Shown here one piece after another: positions 8,840 to 21,611 of a stretch of 64,000 bases of DNA. Every line of letters starts with the position of its first letter. Within the stretch, counting starts at the first letter, position 1. The position numbers and the translations under genes were made by a program. The DNA lies in assembly GCA_016193315.1 (NCBI GenBank), contig JACPSJ010000004.1, forward strand, positions 65,708 through 129,707, given 5' to 3'. The notes under the pieces are model-generated. The model did no database searches. It was given only the letters and a program-made list of their open reading frames with translations, and was not told the origin of the DNA. This DNA is from Candidatus Kerfeldbacteria bacterium (lineage in GTDB: Bacteria > Patescibacteriota > Patescibacteriia > SBBC01 > CAIJZX01).

Positions 8840-11239
8840 TTAACCTTTAACCTTCCTACTACGATTCAACAACAACCTCGTCTTGATGACCGTGTCCGGA
8901 TTGAGAGAAATCGAATCAATCCCCTGGGCCACTAGGAATTGGGCAATGTCGGGGTAGTCGGACGGCGCCTGGCCGCAAATTCCGATTTTGCGCTTAGCTG
9001 CTTTAGCACCCTGGATGGCCTGGGCCAGCATCTGCTTGACCGCCGGATTGTGTTCATCGTAAATGTGGCTGACCAGCTCGGAGTCGCGGTCAACCGCCAA
9101 GGTGAACTGGGTCAGATCGTTCGAACCAATGGAAAAGCCGTCGAAGATCTTGGCAAAGTCCCTGATCAGGATGACGTTGGCCGGCACCTCGACCATGCAG
9201 TATACCTCGAGGTCGTTGACGCCGCGTTTCAGGCTATGCGCGGCCAGCAATCTCAAGACCTCCCGCCCTTCCGCCACGGTCCGGCACATGGGGATCATGA
9301 TCTTGAGATTAGTCAACCCCATCTCATTGCGAACGCGCCGCAGTGCTTCGAGTTCCAGCCGGAACGCCTGGCGATAGGCCGGCGCATAGTATCGGGCGGC
9401 GCCTCGCCAGCCCATCATCGGGTTCGATTCGACCGGCTCAAATTCCCGACCGCCGACGAGGGTGGCGTATTCATTCGTTTTGAAGTCGGACAAACGCAAA
9501 ATGACGTCTTTCGGATAAAAAGCGGCGGCAATCATGGCCACGCCTGAGGTTAACTTCTCTAAGTAGAAGTCCCGCTTGTCGGCATAGCCGCGCGTCAGCC
9601 GCTCGATCTGTCGCTTGGCCCGGTCGTCTTTCAACTTCGGATAGCGCAGCAAGGCCATGGGGTGAACACCGATCCACGAGGCGGTAATAAACTCCTCGCG
9701 GGCCAAGCCGACCCCGTCATTGGGAATGAAACTTTGGGCAAAGGCCTGCTCCGGATTACCGACATTCATCATCACCTTCACGGGCGTCCGGCGCAAAGCT
9801 TTGAGATTGTGCTTCACCACTCTGTAAGACAAGGCGCCGGCGTAGACTTTGCCGACTGACCCGGACGAACAATCGGCTGTCACCTGATGTCCAGTTTGCA
9901 CCTTCCTCGTGGCCTCGACCGTCCCGACAATGGCCGGGATGCCGAGTTCGCGAGAAATGATGGCGGCGTGGGCCGTCCGACCGCCGCGGTTGGTGACGAT
10001 GGCCGCGGCCATTTTCATGATCGGTTCCCAGTCCGGATCGGTCATATCCGTCACCAGCACTTCGCCCGGTTTGAACTGGCTGATGTGTTTAACATCAAGA
10101 ATGACTCGCGCTCGGCCGACGCCGATCTTGGCGCCCACCGCGGAACCGGTGACCAGCACCTTGGCCCGGTGCGATGGCAAGTGGTATTCCTCCAGCACGT
10201 CGGCCGACTTGAGCGCATGAACTGTTTCCGGCCGGGCTTGGACGATATAGAGCTGCCCGCTGATGCCGTCCTTGGCCCACTCCATGTCCATTGGGCGGCG
10301 GTAGTGCTTCTCGATCAACACCGCCCAGCGGGCTAGGTGCTCGACTTCGCGGTCGGTCAAAATGAAGCGTAGCCGGTCAGCCCTGGAGACAGCCACGTTC
10401 TTCGTCGGGTGTTTGGGGTCCGTGGTGTAGACCAGTTTGGTTCGTTTGTCGCCCAGCTGGCGGGCCAGAATGGCCTTTTTCTTCGTCGCCAAGCTCGGCT
10501 TGAAAACGAAGTACTCGTCCGGGTTGACGCGGCCAAGAACCGTATTCTCTCCCAAACCCCACGAGCCGGTCACCAACACCGCGTTGCGAAAACCGGTTTC
10601 GGTGTCGATCGAGAACATGACCCCGGCACACGCTTTGTCCGACCGGACCATTTTCTGAACCGCCGCGCTCAAACCGATGGTGAAATGGTCAAACCCTTTA
10701 TCGTGGCGATACGAGATGGCCCGATTCGTGAACAGCGAAGCGAAGCATTTCTTGACCGACTGGACGACCGCCGCCGCGCCGCGGACATCGAGATAGGTTT
10801 CCTGCTGGCCAGCAAAGGAAGCGTCGGGCAGATCTTCGGCCGTGGCTGAAGATCGGACAGCGACATCAACATTCCATCCGAATTCGCGTTCCAGTTGGCG
10901 GTAGTTGGTGACGATGGCCTGTTCAAGATCAGGTGGCAACTGGGCCCGCAGGATTGTCTGACGAACCTTGGCCCCGCGCCAGGCCAAATCTTTCAGGTTC
11001 GAGGTGTCGAGGCCGCGCAGAATGCGCCGGATTTCTTTCTGAATCCCGGCTTGTTTTAGAAAATAGAAATAGGCCTCGGCGGTGACGGCAAAGCCGTTGG
11101 GAATACGCACCCCGCGCGGCGTCAGCAGCGAATACATCTCACCCAAGCTGGCGTTCTTACCGCCAACGAGCTTGACGTCTTTGTTGCGGAGATTTTTGAA
11201 CCAACGGACGAACCGTGGCGGACGAGAGCGGGCGGCCAT
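8840..11239 (-). CDS. ppsA: phosphoenolpyruvate synthase (pyruvate, water dikinase)
   Basis: About 800 aa. The N-terminus carries VGGKNASLGEM. The phosphohistidine domain carries GGRTAHAAIISRELGIPAIVG. A C-terminal PEP-utilising barrel is present. The likely start is ATG 11239 (MAARSRPPRFVRWF); the alternative ATG at 11275 would give 811 aa. Confidence 0.85.
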   Translation of the reverse strand: MAARSRPPRFVRWFKNLRNKDVKLVGGKNASLGEMYSLLTPRGVRIPNGFAVTAEAYFYFLKQAGIQKEIRRILRGLDTSNLKDLAWRGAKVRQTILRAQLPPDLEQAIVTNYRQLEREFGWNVDVAVRSSATAEDLPDASFAGQQETYLDVRGAAAVVQSVKKCFASLFTNRAISYRHDKGFDHFTIGLSAAVQKMVRSDKACAGVMFSIDTETGFRNAVLVTGSWGLGENTVLGRVNPDEYFVFKPSLATKKKAILARQLGDKRTKLVYTTDPKHPTKNVAVSRADRLRFILTDREVEHLARWAVLIEKHYRRPMDMEWAKDGISGQLYIVQARPETVHALKSADVLEEYHLPSHRAKVLVTGSAVGAKIGVGRARVILDVKHISQFKPGEVLVTDMTDPDWEPIMKMAAAIVTNRGGRTAHAAIISRELGIPAIVGTVEATRKVQTGHQVTADCSSGSVGKVYAGALSYRVVKHNLKALRRTPVKVMMNVGNPEQAFAQSFIPNDGVGLAREEFITASWIGVHPMALLRYPKLKDDRAKRQIERLTRGYADKRDFYLEKLTSGVAMIAAAFYPKDVILRLSDFKTNEYATLVGGREFEPVESNPMMGWRGAARYYAPAYRQAFRLELEALRRVRNEMGLTNLKIMIPMCRTVAEGREVLRLLAAHSLKRGVNDLEVYCMVEVPANVILIRDFAKIFDGFSIGSNDLTQFTLAVDRDSELVSHIYDEHNPAVKQMLAQAIQGAKAAKRKIGICGQAPSDYPDIAQFLVAQGIDSISLNPDTVIKTRLLLNRSRKVKG

Positions 11240-11249
11240 TATCCTTATT

Positions 11250-11681
11250 CTACCGGATTGCCAGTCGACGGGCAATCAGGGCGATGACGCCGAGTAAACT
11301 GCCAATCAGCGCCGTCAATAATGTCTCGGAGATGATGTTGATCAAAGTCACCAGCTGGGGCTGGAGCAAGAACTTGGCTAGCGAGGCACCGAAACCAACA
11401 GCCATGCCGATCATCGCCCCGGCCGTCAGCACCTCCGTCCGCTGCCCCTGATGAGCGGCCATGCGGAAACCGATGATCAGGAAAAAGAGTACCTCGGCCG
11501 CGACTATAAAGCTCGCGCTGACTTCCAGCCACACCAAGATGTGAGCCGCTAGTGCCGCGCCGAGGGCCGGCACGGCCAAAAAATTCAGATATCGATCAAC
11601 GCTCCACCGCCCGATCATTGCCCCCGCCGGCGGCAAATCAAAAACTTGATCCATAATTGTAGTATACCATATCACTAGCAT
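11250..11681 (-). CDS. hypothetical small membrane protein
   Basis: 143 aa with 4 hydrophobic helices, immediately upstream of pps. Confidence 0.45.
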   Translation of the reverse strand: MLVIWYTTIMDQVFDLPPAGAMIGRWSVDRYLNFLAVPALGAALAAHILVWLEVSASFIVAAEVLFFLIIGFRMAAHQGQRTEVLTAGAMIGMAVGFGASLAKFLLQPQLVTLINIISETLLTALIGSLLGVIALIARRLAIR

Positions 11682-11846
11682 GGTTGCCCCGCCGTCGACT
11701 GCAGTCGACGGCGGGGCTTACGAAACATGAACGGGCGAAATCGCCTGACATACAAGCGCCCCTCCTGAGAGTGTCAGAAGGGGCGACGAGCCAGTCGCGC
11801 ACAGCGCGACCAGGCGAATTGAGCGCAGCGAAATTCGCGGGGTGGT

Positions 11847-13496
<1,650 letters not shown>

Positions 13497-13508
13497 TCAG
13501 AGCTACAG

Positions 13509-13802
13509 TTAAATCACGACACCGACGATGTCGTCTTCTTCGGCGATATAGTATTCCTCGCCTTCGATCTTGACCTTGTCCGGGCCGTACTTCTTGAGGA
13601 TGACGCGGTCACCGACCTTGACCGACATCGGTACGCGGGTTCCGTTGTCCATCAGCTTGCCGTCGCCGATGGCCATCACCTCGCCTTGTTCGAGTTCATC
13701 CTTTTCGGCCGTATCCGGCAGGACAATGCCAGACTTGGTCATTTTTTCTTCTTTCATTGGTTTAACCAGGGCTTTGCCGCCTAGCGGTTTGAGTTTCACC
13801 AT
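13509..13802 (-). CDS. groES: co-chaperonin GroES
   Basis: 97 aa (MVKLKPLGGKALVKP...IVLPDTAEKDELEQGEVMAIGDG), 18 nt upstream of groEL. Confidence 0.95.
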   Translation of the reverse strand: MVKLKPLGGKALVKPMKEEKMTKSGIVLPDTAEKDELEQGEVMAIGDGKLMDNGTRVPMSVKVGDRVILKKYGPDKVKIEGEEYYIAEEDDIVGVVI

Positions 13803-13873
13803 AGTGCTTTCTCGTTCCTAATGAGTAAAAACGTTCAGAAATAGGCGGATTTCCACAAGGAAATCACAGTCAA

Positions 13874-13900
13874 CTAGCAGTCTATACTATTGAGTGCTAA
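13874..13900. promoter_or_regulatory. CIRCE (HrcA operator) inverted repeat upstream of groES
   Basis: CTAGCAGTC-N9-GAGTGCTAA, against the consensus TTAGCACTC-N9-GAGTGCTAA. The right half matches 9/9 and the left half 7/9. Confidence 0.7.
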
Positions 13901-14016
13901 TGGTCAACCCCGGAGGTTATTTTCCGGGGGAACCTCTGCCCGCCATCGCTATCACCGAAATACCAAATTCCAAATACTAAATCCCAAGGAATGTACAAAT
14001 TCGAAGCTCCAATGTT

Positions 14017-14396
14017 CGAAGATTACTAGCTCTGGCGTTGTCGGGATTCAGTTTTCAGAATGATCGCCGAAAAGATCTTTTTCAACTCGACCGCTTCGTT
14101 GACAAGTCTCCCGCCCAGAGGCTGAAAGTGGGGGTCATTGGTTGAGGTTAGCAACTGCCACCAATAGACAGTCTCTTTGCTTCTCTCCGGCAAATCCGGA
14201 TACGGAGCAGAAAGTCTTTCTGACCCAACGATTCATTGGCTTCGACATAGTTCGCACCAACCGAACCAGCTGACCGAACTACCTGCTGATGACATTCAAT
14301 ATTCGATACCGTTCTGGGCAGTTCTTTACAAAACCGAATAACCTCGCGGACCAAGGTAAAACTACGTTTTTCTAGATCATATCTGCGTTCGGTCAT
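14017..14396 (-). pseudogene. four-helix-bundle protein (TIGR02436 / 23S rRNA intervening-sequence protein family), frameshifted
   Basis: Frame A gives YDLEKRSFTLVREVIRFCKELPRTV...SVGANYVEANESLGQKDFLLRIRICRREAK, then stops at 14148. The +1 frame continues as KETVYWWQLLTSTNDPHFQPLGGRLVNEAVELKKIFSAIIL, which matches the conserved KEANET-YWLELL C-terminus. This implies a 1-nt indel near 14165. Confidence 0.6.
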
Positions 14397-14554
14397 TGGA
14401 GCCTCGATGATTGGACCTGCCCTGTTATTTGGGATTTGTTATCTGGTGCTTCATACAAAAAATGGGCGGCTGTCTAGCCACCAATACGTACACATTACAT
14501 AACTTTACGCGGTTTGTCAACGCCCTTGTTGGTCGCGAGGCAGTCACCTATTTA

Positions 14555-15541
14555 CTAGAACGGTTCGATGCCAAGACTTCGAAGTTTCTCTACAAACGCC
14601 TGATTGTATTTCCGCCGCCGATCTTCCTCATGAAACTTCAGCACCTCATCAGAAATAATCACATCCGTCGTCGGTGCTTTCGATTTGCTGGTGACATTCT
14701 TCGCCATTTTCTTCATTTGTCGCTCGCGGGCCCAAGATTCCAGCCACCAGCCAATGGGCGTGGCAAAGAACATCTCGTACAGTTTCTTGATCGACCGCCA
14801 GCCTGGATTCGGCGGCAAGACTCTCGCCGCCCAATTCCACTGCCAGGCATTCGGCAGGAGTTGATTCACCCAGACGTTGTCCCGGACGTAACGTTCATAC
14901 GTTCCGTCGATGTTGAGCAGGGGCACAGCCTGCGCGGTCCAGAAAGCGAAATGTGTGTCCGGCTGATCTATGCTCTTCAGAGATTCAAGGTTGAGCGTGT
15001 CAGTGGTGATGTAAAAGCTAAGACAAACGCGGTTTGTGATCTTCCGCCCATGCCGCCGATAGCCGAGCATCGATACAATCCCGGTCACGAGTAAACGCGC
15101 CATCCACAAATGACCGGGCACCGTGACAACCAAAACATCGATGTCGCTTTCTGGTCGAGCATTATTGATCGCCAGCGTATTGACCACCGCCACCATCTTG
15201 ACGAATGGCACCAATTCCAGATACCGAGCCGTGGTCATCGCCCGTTTCCATTTGCGTTCATTTTCCCTGGCCCGCTGTTGGCGAACCTCAACGATGGCCT
15301 GTCGACCGGCCAAGAAAACAAAATCGCCCTGACGTCCAATCATGAGCCTCAGTGGTTCCTCAGTGAGCGCTCGTTCGACATCCTCAATCGCCCACTTCCG
15401 ACTTCCGACATCAGACACCTGACCTCCACTTGTGGGGTATAGCCACCGCCGTAACTCCCGGACCGTTAACGGGTAATCAAAAACATCGAAATACGCCAAC
15501 GTCCGGCCAATGGCCAGCTCTAGATCACTAAGATTTGACAT
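14555..15541 (-). CDS. nucleotidyltransferase-fold domain protein (MNT-like motif), function unknown
   Basis: 329 aa from ATG 15541 (MSNLSDLELAIGRTLAYFDVFDYPLTVRELRRWLY). It has a central NARPESDIDVLVV motif resembling the GS...DxD nucleotidyltransferase signature. The listed 379-aa ORF has a non-protein-like N-terminal extension. Confidence 0.5.
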   Translation of the reverse strand: MSNLSDLELAIGRTLAYFDVFDYPLTVRELRRWLYPTSGGQVSDVGSRKWAIEDVERALTEEPLRLMIGRQGDFVFLAGRQAIVEVRQQRARENERKWKRAMTTARYLELVPFVKMVAVVNTLAINNARPESDIDVLVVTVPGHLWMARLLVTGIVSMLGYRRHGRKITNRVCLSFYITTDTLNLESLKSIDQPDTHFAFWTAQAVPLLNIDGTYERYVRDNVWVNQLLPNAWQWNWAARVLPPNPGWRSIKKLYEMFFATPIGWWLESWARERQMKKMAKNVTSKSKAPTTDVIISDEVLKFHEEDRRRKYNQAFVEKLRSLGIEPF

Positions 15542-15656
15542 CGCTGAAGGCTCATGGTAGCGTCGGATCGATTCTCCCCCGAAGTGGTAGCTCTCACTCC
15601 AGACCGGTGACGCGGCTTTCCCGTGCGCCCCTGCGGGGGTAGAAGGAGTATGTCCC

Positions 15657-15870
15657 TTGTCGAACGAAACGAAGGAAGGGTACCTCGTCCTCACTCGTCG
15701 GGCAGGTGAGGAGATTCAAATCGGCGAGTCCGTGCTCGTTAAGGTCTTCGAGATTAGGCGGGGATGGCGCCGCTTGAAGCATGGCCGAGTGAAGATCGGC
15801 ATCAAAGCTCCGCCCGAGGTAAACGTCCGACGGACCGAGCTGCCGATTTCGGAAGGCCGTCCTCCTCCAT

Positions 15871-15893
<23 letters not shown>
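15657..15893 (+). CDS. csrA: carbon storage regulator CsrA-like RNA-binding protein
   Basis: TTG start with an AAGGAG SD 8 nt upstream. The sequence [25 protein letters not shown]...[18 protein letters not shown] matches the CsrA pattern (LVLTRR.GE..IG..V.V...V.IGI.AP.EV.V.R.E). It carries an 11-aa insertion ([11 protein letters not shown]) and a Pro-rich tail. Confidence 0.65.
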
Positions 15894-18894
<3,001 letters not shown>

Positions 18895-18930
18895 TGGCTG
18901 TACTTTTCAGCAATTAAAAAAGACGGAGAC

Positions 18931-18959
18931 AGTATACAGCCGGTGTCAAGGTAAGTCAA
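18931..18959 (-). promoter_or_regulatory. sigma-70-like promoter for uvrA (TTGACT-N17-TATACT)
   Basis: Minus strand: ttgact taccttgacaccggctg tatact, about 35 nt upstream of the uvrA start. Confidence 0.45.
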
Positions 18960-19161
18960 CTGCTGACCCCGAGACAGGCTCGAACGAAGGTATCCTTGGA
19001 CAAAAAGCTTTCGGCCGCAGACCACGTGGCCTGTAAGGCTTTACGTAGTCAAGCGGGGTCAACCCCGTAAGAGACGGGGGAATTGCCTCCAGAAAGGGCT
19101 CGTTTTCAAACACAATATCTAGCTTGGAGATCATGCAGCTCTCTATAACGAAGCCCTGGTA

Positions 19162-20271
19162 TTATGATGGCCGACTAAGCGGCGGCAATGCGACCGGTGG
19201 AGCAGCTCGTCTGGTCGGCGGCGTTCGGCGCCGGAGGTCGGAGAACTTTATCAGATATGGAGCCGACGGAGGACTCGGTTGAACCGGTCGTGTCGACAAA
19301 CTGCCAGGCAGCGCTCGCTCGAGAATTGATCGAATCTCCGCCAGGCTGAGGCGGGTTGGCATAACGTTGGATGTTGCCACCCCGCCGTTTTGCAACGTGT
19401 TCGCGGCGGTGTCGAAGTACCATTCCTCAACACCCTCGAGACGCCGCGGTTTCTCCAATTGCTCTCGGCTCGCCTGACTAAGGTTGAAACCCTTCTTTTC
19501 CGCCTCGGCCAGACGAATGGCGGCAATGGTCGGCCGCAAATCGAGGCGCGGCGCGGCTTGCCGGGTGACGATGTTTGTGTGGCCGGTGGACAATCGTTGA
19601 ACAACCACGTCAGCCTTAACGTCGCCTACAGCTCGCAGGAACCCAACCATGGCCTTGGAGTCGGTCTCGACCATCACCACCTGGAGCGTCTCGCCGGCGG
19701 CGGTGAGCTCGAAACGTTGGGCTTTGTTTGTCCGCTGGAGTTCGACCCACTCCTTGGGCATGAGCACTTTACGCCGGTACTCCTCGTGGTAGTGGGCAAT
19801 GACTATTCTCGTCACCATATCGATGACGTACTCGGGGTGATCCGGATAGGCCCGGTTGAGATTCATGACGATGGCCGATAGACCAAAAGCGCGATCGATC
19901 GGGTCTTTTGACACAATGCCGCGTCCTTCGAGGTCATCGCGTCGGACGTATTCGAGCAACTTCTTCAACTCTGGCCGCTGGTCGACACCAAGAAACTTAG
20001 CTACCAGCGTCGTGGCGCAGGTTTGCTTATCACTAATATGTTCGTCGTGGTGGTGGTCGAAGCGCCCGCCCCCAAGATCGATTAACAACACACCCTCTTG
20101 TTCCAGTTGGTCGGCGGTCCTGCCGTCCGGCAGCTGATTCCAAAAAACGATCTTGGCCTGCCCGATGCCGGGGAATAATGGCTCGCCAAACTCCCGCAGC
20201 AGCCACAAAGCCACAATATTGTCCGGGTGAGGACGGGGATACATGGCCACAGTGTGAATGGCAAGCGGCAT
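19162..20271 (-). CDS. MYG1/UPF0160-family metal-dependent hydrolase-like protein
   Basis: 369 aa. LLIDLGGGRFDHHHDEH resembles the MYG1 DVGG..YDHHQ motif, and the N-terminal IAIHTVAMYPRPHPDNIVALWLLR resembles MYG1 IGTHNGTFHCDEALACALLR. Assignment is by memory of the family, with no search run. Confidence 0.45.
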   Translation of the reverse strand: MPLAIHTVAMYPRPHPDNIVALWLLREFGEPLFPGIGQAKIVFWNQLPDGRTADQLEQEGVLLIDLGGGRFDHHHDEHISDKQTCATTLVAKFLGVDQRPELKKLLEYVRRDDLEGRGIVSKDPIDRAFGLSAIVMNLNRAYPDHPEYVIDMVTRIVIAHYHEEYRRKVLMPKEWVELQRTNKAQRFELTAAGETLQVVMVETDSKAMVGFLRAVGDVKADVVVQRLSTGHTNIVTRQAAPRLDLRPTIAAIRLAEAEKKGFNLSQASREQLEKPRRLEGVEEWYFDTAANTLQNGGVATSNVMPTRLSLAEIRSILERALPGSLSTRPVQPSPPSAPYLIKFSDLRRRTPPTRRAAPPVALPPLSRPS

Positions 20272-20367
20272 AGAATCAGTATGTCAGAAACGCCGCGATT
20301 CGTAAAAACGAAGGGGCCCCGAGTGCGCGAGCACGCGGGGCCGGGGTGCATCTCCTTCGGTTTGAAG

Positions 20368-21426
20368 CTAGCTTGCGGCCTGCTCCGCGTCAGGCTTCTG
20401 GCGAAGCCGGAATCGGAGATGGGCCTGGACGGTGGTGATCAGCTCGCTCGGGCCGAGCCGCGACGGATGAGTATGCCTCGTCCGTGACCCGTTCAGCAGC
20501 ATCGGCGACTTGCCGGGCTTCTGAACGAAGTCCCACCGGTCGGCATCCCGCCGTTGGAGGGCCTCGTGCAGCGGGCGCAGATCTTGGACGCCGCGGACGA
20601 AGATGCCGGCGTGGCCGGTCGATTTCCGGACGAGAACCACTTCCACGCCCGGGTGCGACCGGAAGTACTGCCCGGCCATGGTTTCGTCGTCCGACTCGAC
20701 CAGGCGCCCGACGACCGTTCCGCCGCTGACGGTTGAAACCAGGAATTCCGTGTACCTGGCTTCGACCGCCCGCTTGGCCGCCTGGGCCTCACGTCCCCGA
20801 ACCCGCTCGAACCACTGGACCAGCACCAGCCGGTGCTGGATGTAGCGGCCACGCTCGTCCGGGCGGAGGAACTCGACCATCGCGTCGTAGCCGGCCAGGC
20901 AGAACGGGTTGGGGATGTCGCAGAATTCCCGCCACCGCTTGCCGTGGAACGCGCGTTGGCCCGCCTGGAAGTACAGATCGAACACCGGCCAGGCCATGCG
21001 GATGCATTCCAGCAGGTGCTCGCGACGAGAGACGCTGTGCGCCACGCTGGGCGCCAGGAACATCAGGTTGACCAGGGAGTCGCGGAAGCGCTCTTTGAGG
21101 TAGCCGGTTTCGTTGTTCCGGTTGGCCAGGACGACCAACCGTTTTGTGCCCATCACCTCATCGAGCTGGTACATCTGGACTACCCGTTCGACGGCCGACC
21201 CGTGGCCGGTTTCGGTCCGACGGAGCCTGGCGTCGAGGTCCACCGGCATTTCGTGGGCGAGTGAAGCATCCGGTTCCTCACCGTCGAAAAGAACGGTGAC
21301 GTTCTCGAGGCGCTCACGGCGACCGAGCGACACCGCACAGTACAGAGCGGCGATCGGGTCGAACTTCGGCGACTTGGGCATCAGAAACAGTTTACTTCCA
21401 CGGGCAGCAGCCACAGTGACCTCCAA
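20368..21426 (-). CDS. hypothetical protein (352 aa), very high GC
   Basis: Protein-like composition with W, F, Y, M, K and H present. No motif recognised. Local GC is near 68%, so many overlapping spurious ORFs appear on both strands here. Confidence 0.4.
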   Translation of the reverse strand: MEVTVAAARGSKLFLMPKSPKFDPIAALYCAVSLGRRERLENVTVLFDGEEPDASLAHEMPVDLDARLRRTETGHGSAVERVVQMYQLDEVMGTKRLVVLANRNNETGYLKERFRDSLVNLMFLAPSVAHSVSRREHLLECIRMAWPVFDLYFQAGQRAFHGKRWREFCDIPNPFCLAGYDAMVEFLRPDERGRYIQHRLVLVQWFERVRGREAQAAKRAVEARYTEFLVSTVSGGTVVGRLVESDDETMAGQYFRSHPGVEVVLVRKSTGHAGIFVRGVQDLRPLHEALQRRDADRWDFVQKPGKSPMLLNGSRTRHTHPSRLGPSELITTVQAHLRFRLRQKPDAEQAAS

Positions 21427-21611
21427 TTCCCCCGAGGAGTCTCGGGCGGATGGCGTGTTACGAGTGGAACGCGAAAACTAGCAGCCTATATTTCAGGCAA
21501 GCGAGGGCCTGCCATGAACCGAAGGAGATGACAAGGTGCGGTCGTCCAAAAAGGACACTGCAGCATAGCACGGCCCGAGGAATCTGTCAAGGGCAGTGGT
21601 ATAATGGAGCC

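Noticed and set aside
7600-8840. Search for tmRNA, SRP RNA or RNase P RNA in the large noncoding stretch
   Set aside because: No tRNA-like T-arm with a CCA end and no tag reading frame ending ...AA-stop could be identified by eye. I left it as an unclassified structured region.
14555-15694. The full 379-aa ORF as the gene
   Set aside because: The first 51 residues ([34 protein letters not shown]...) are not protein-like and overlap the csrA divergent promoter region. The ATG at 15541 is the credible start.
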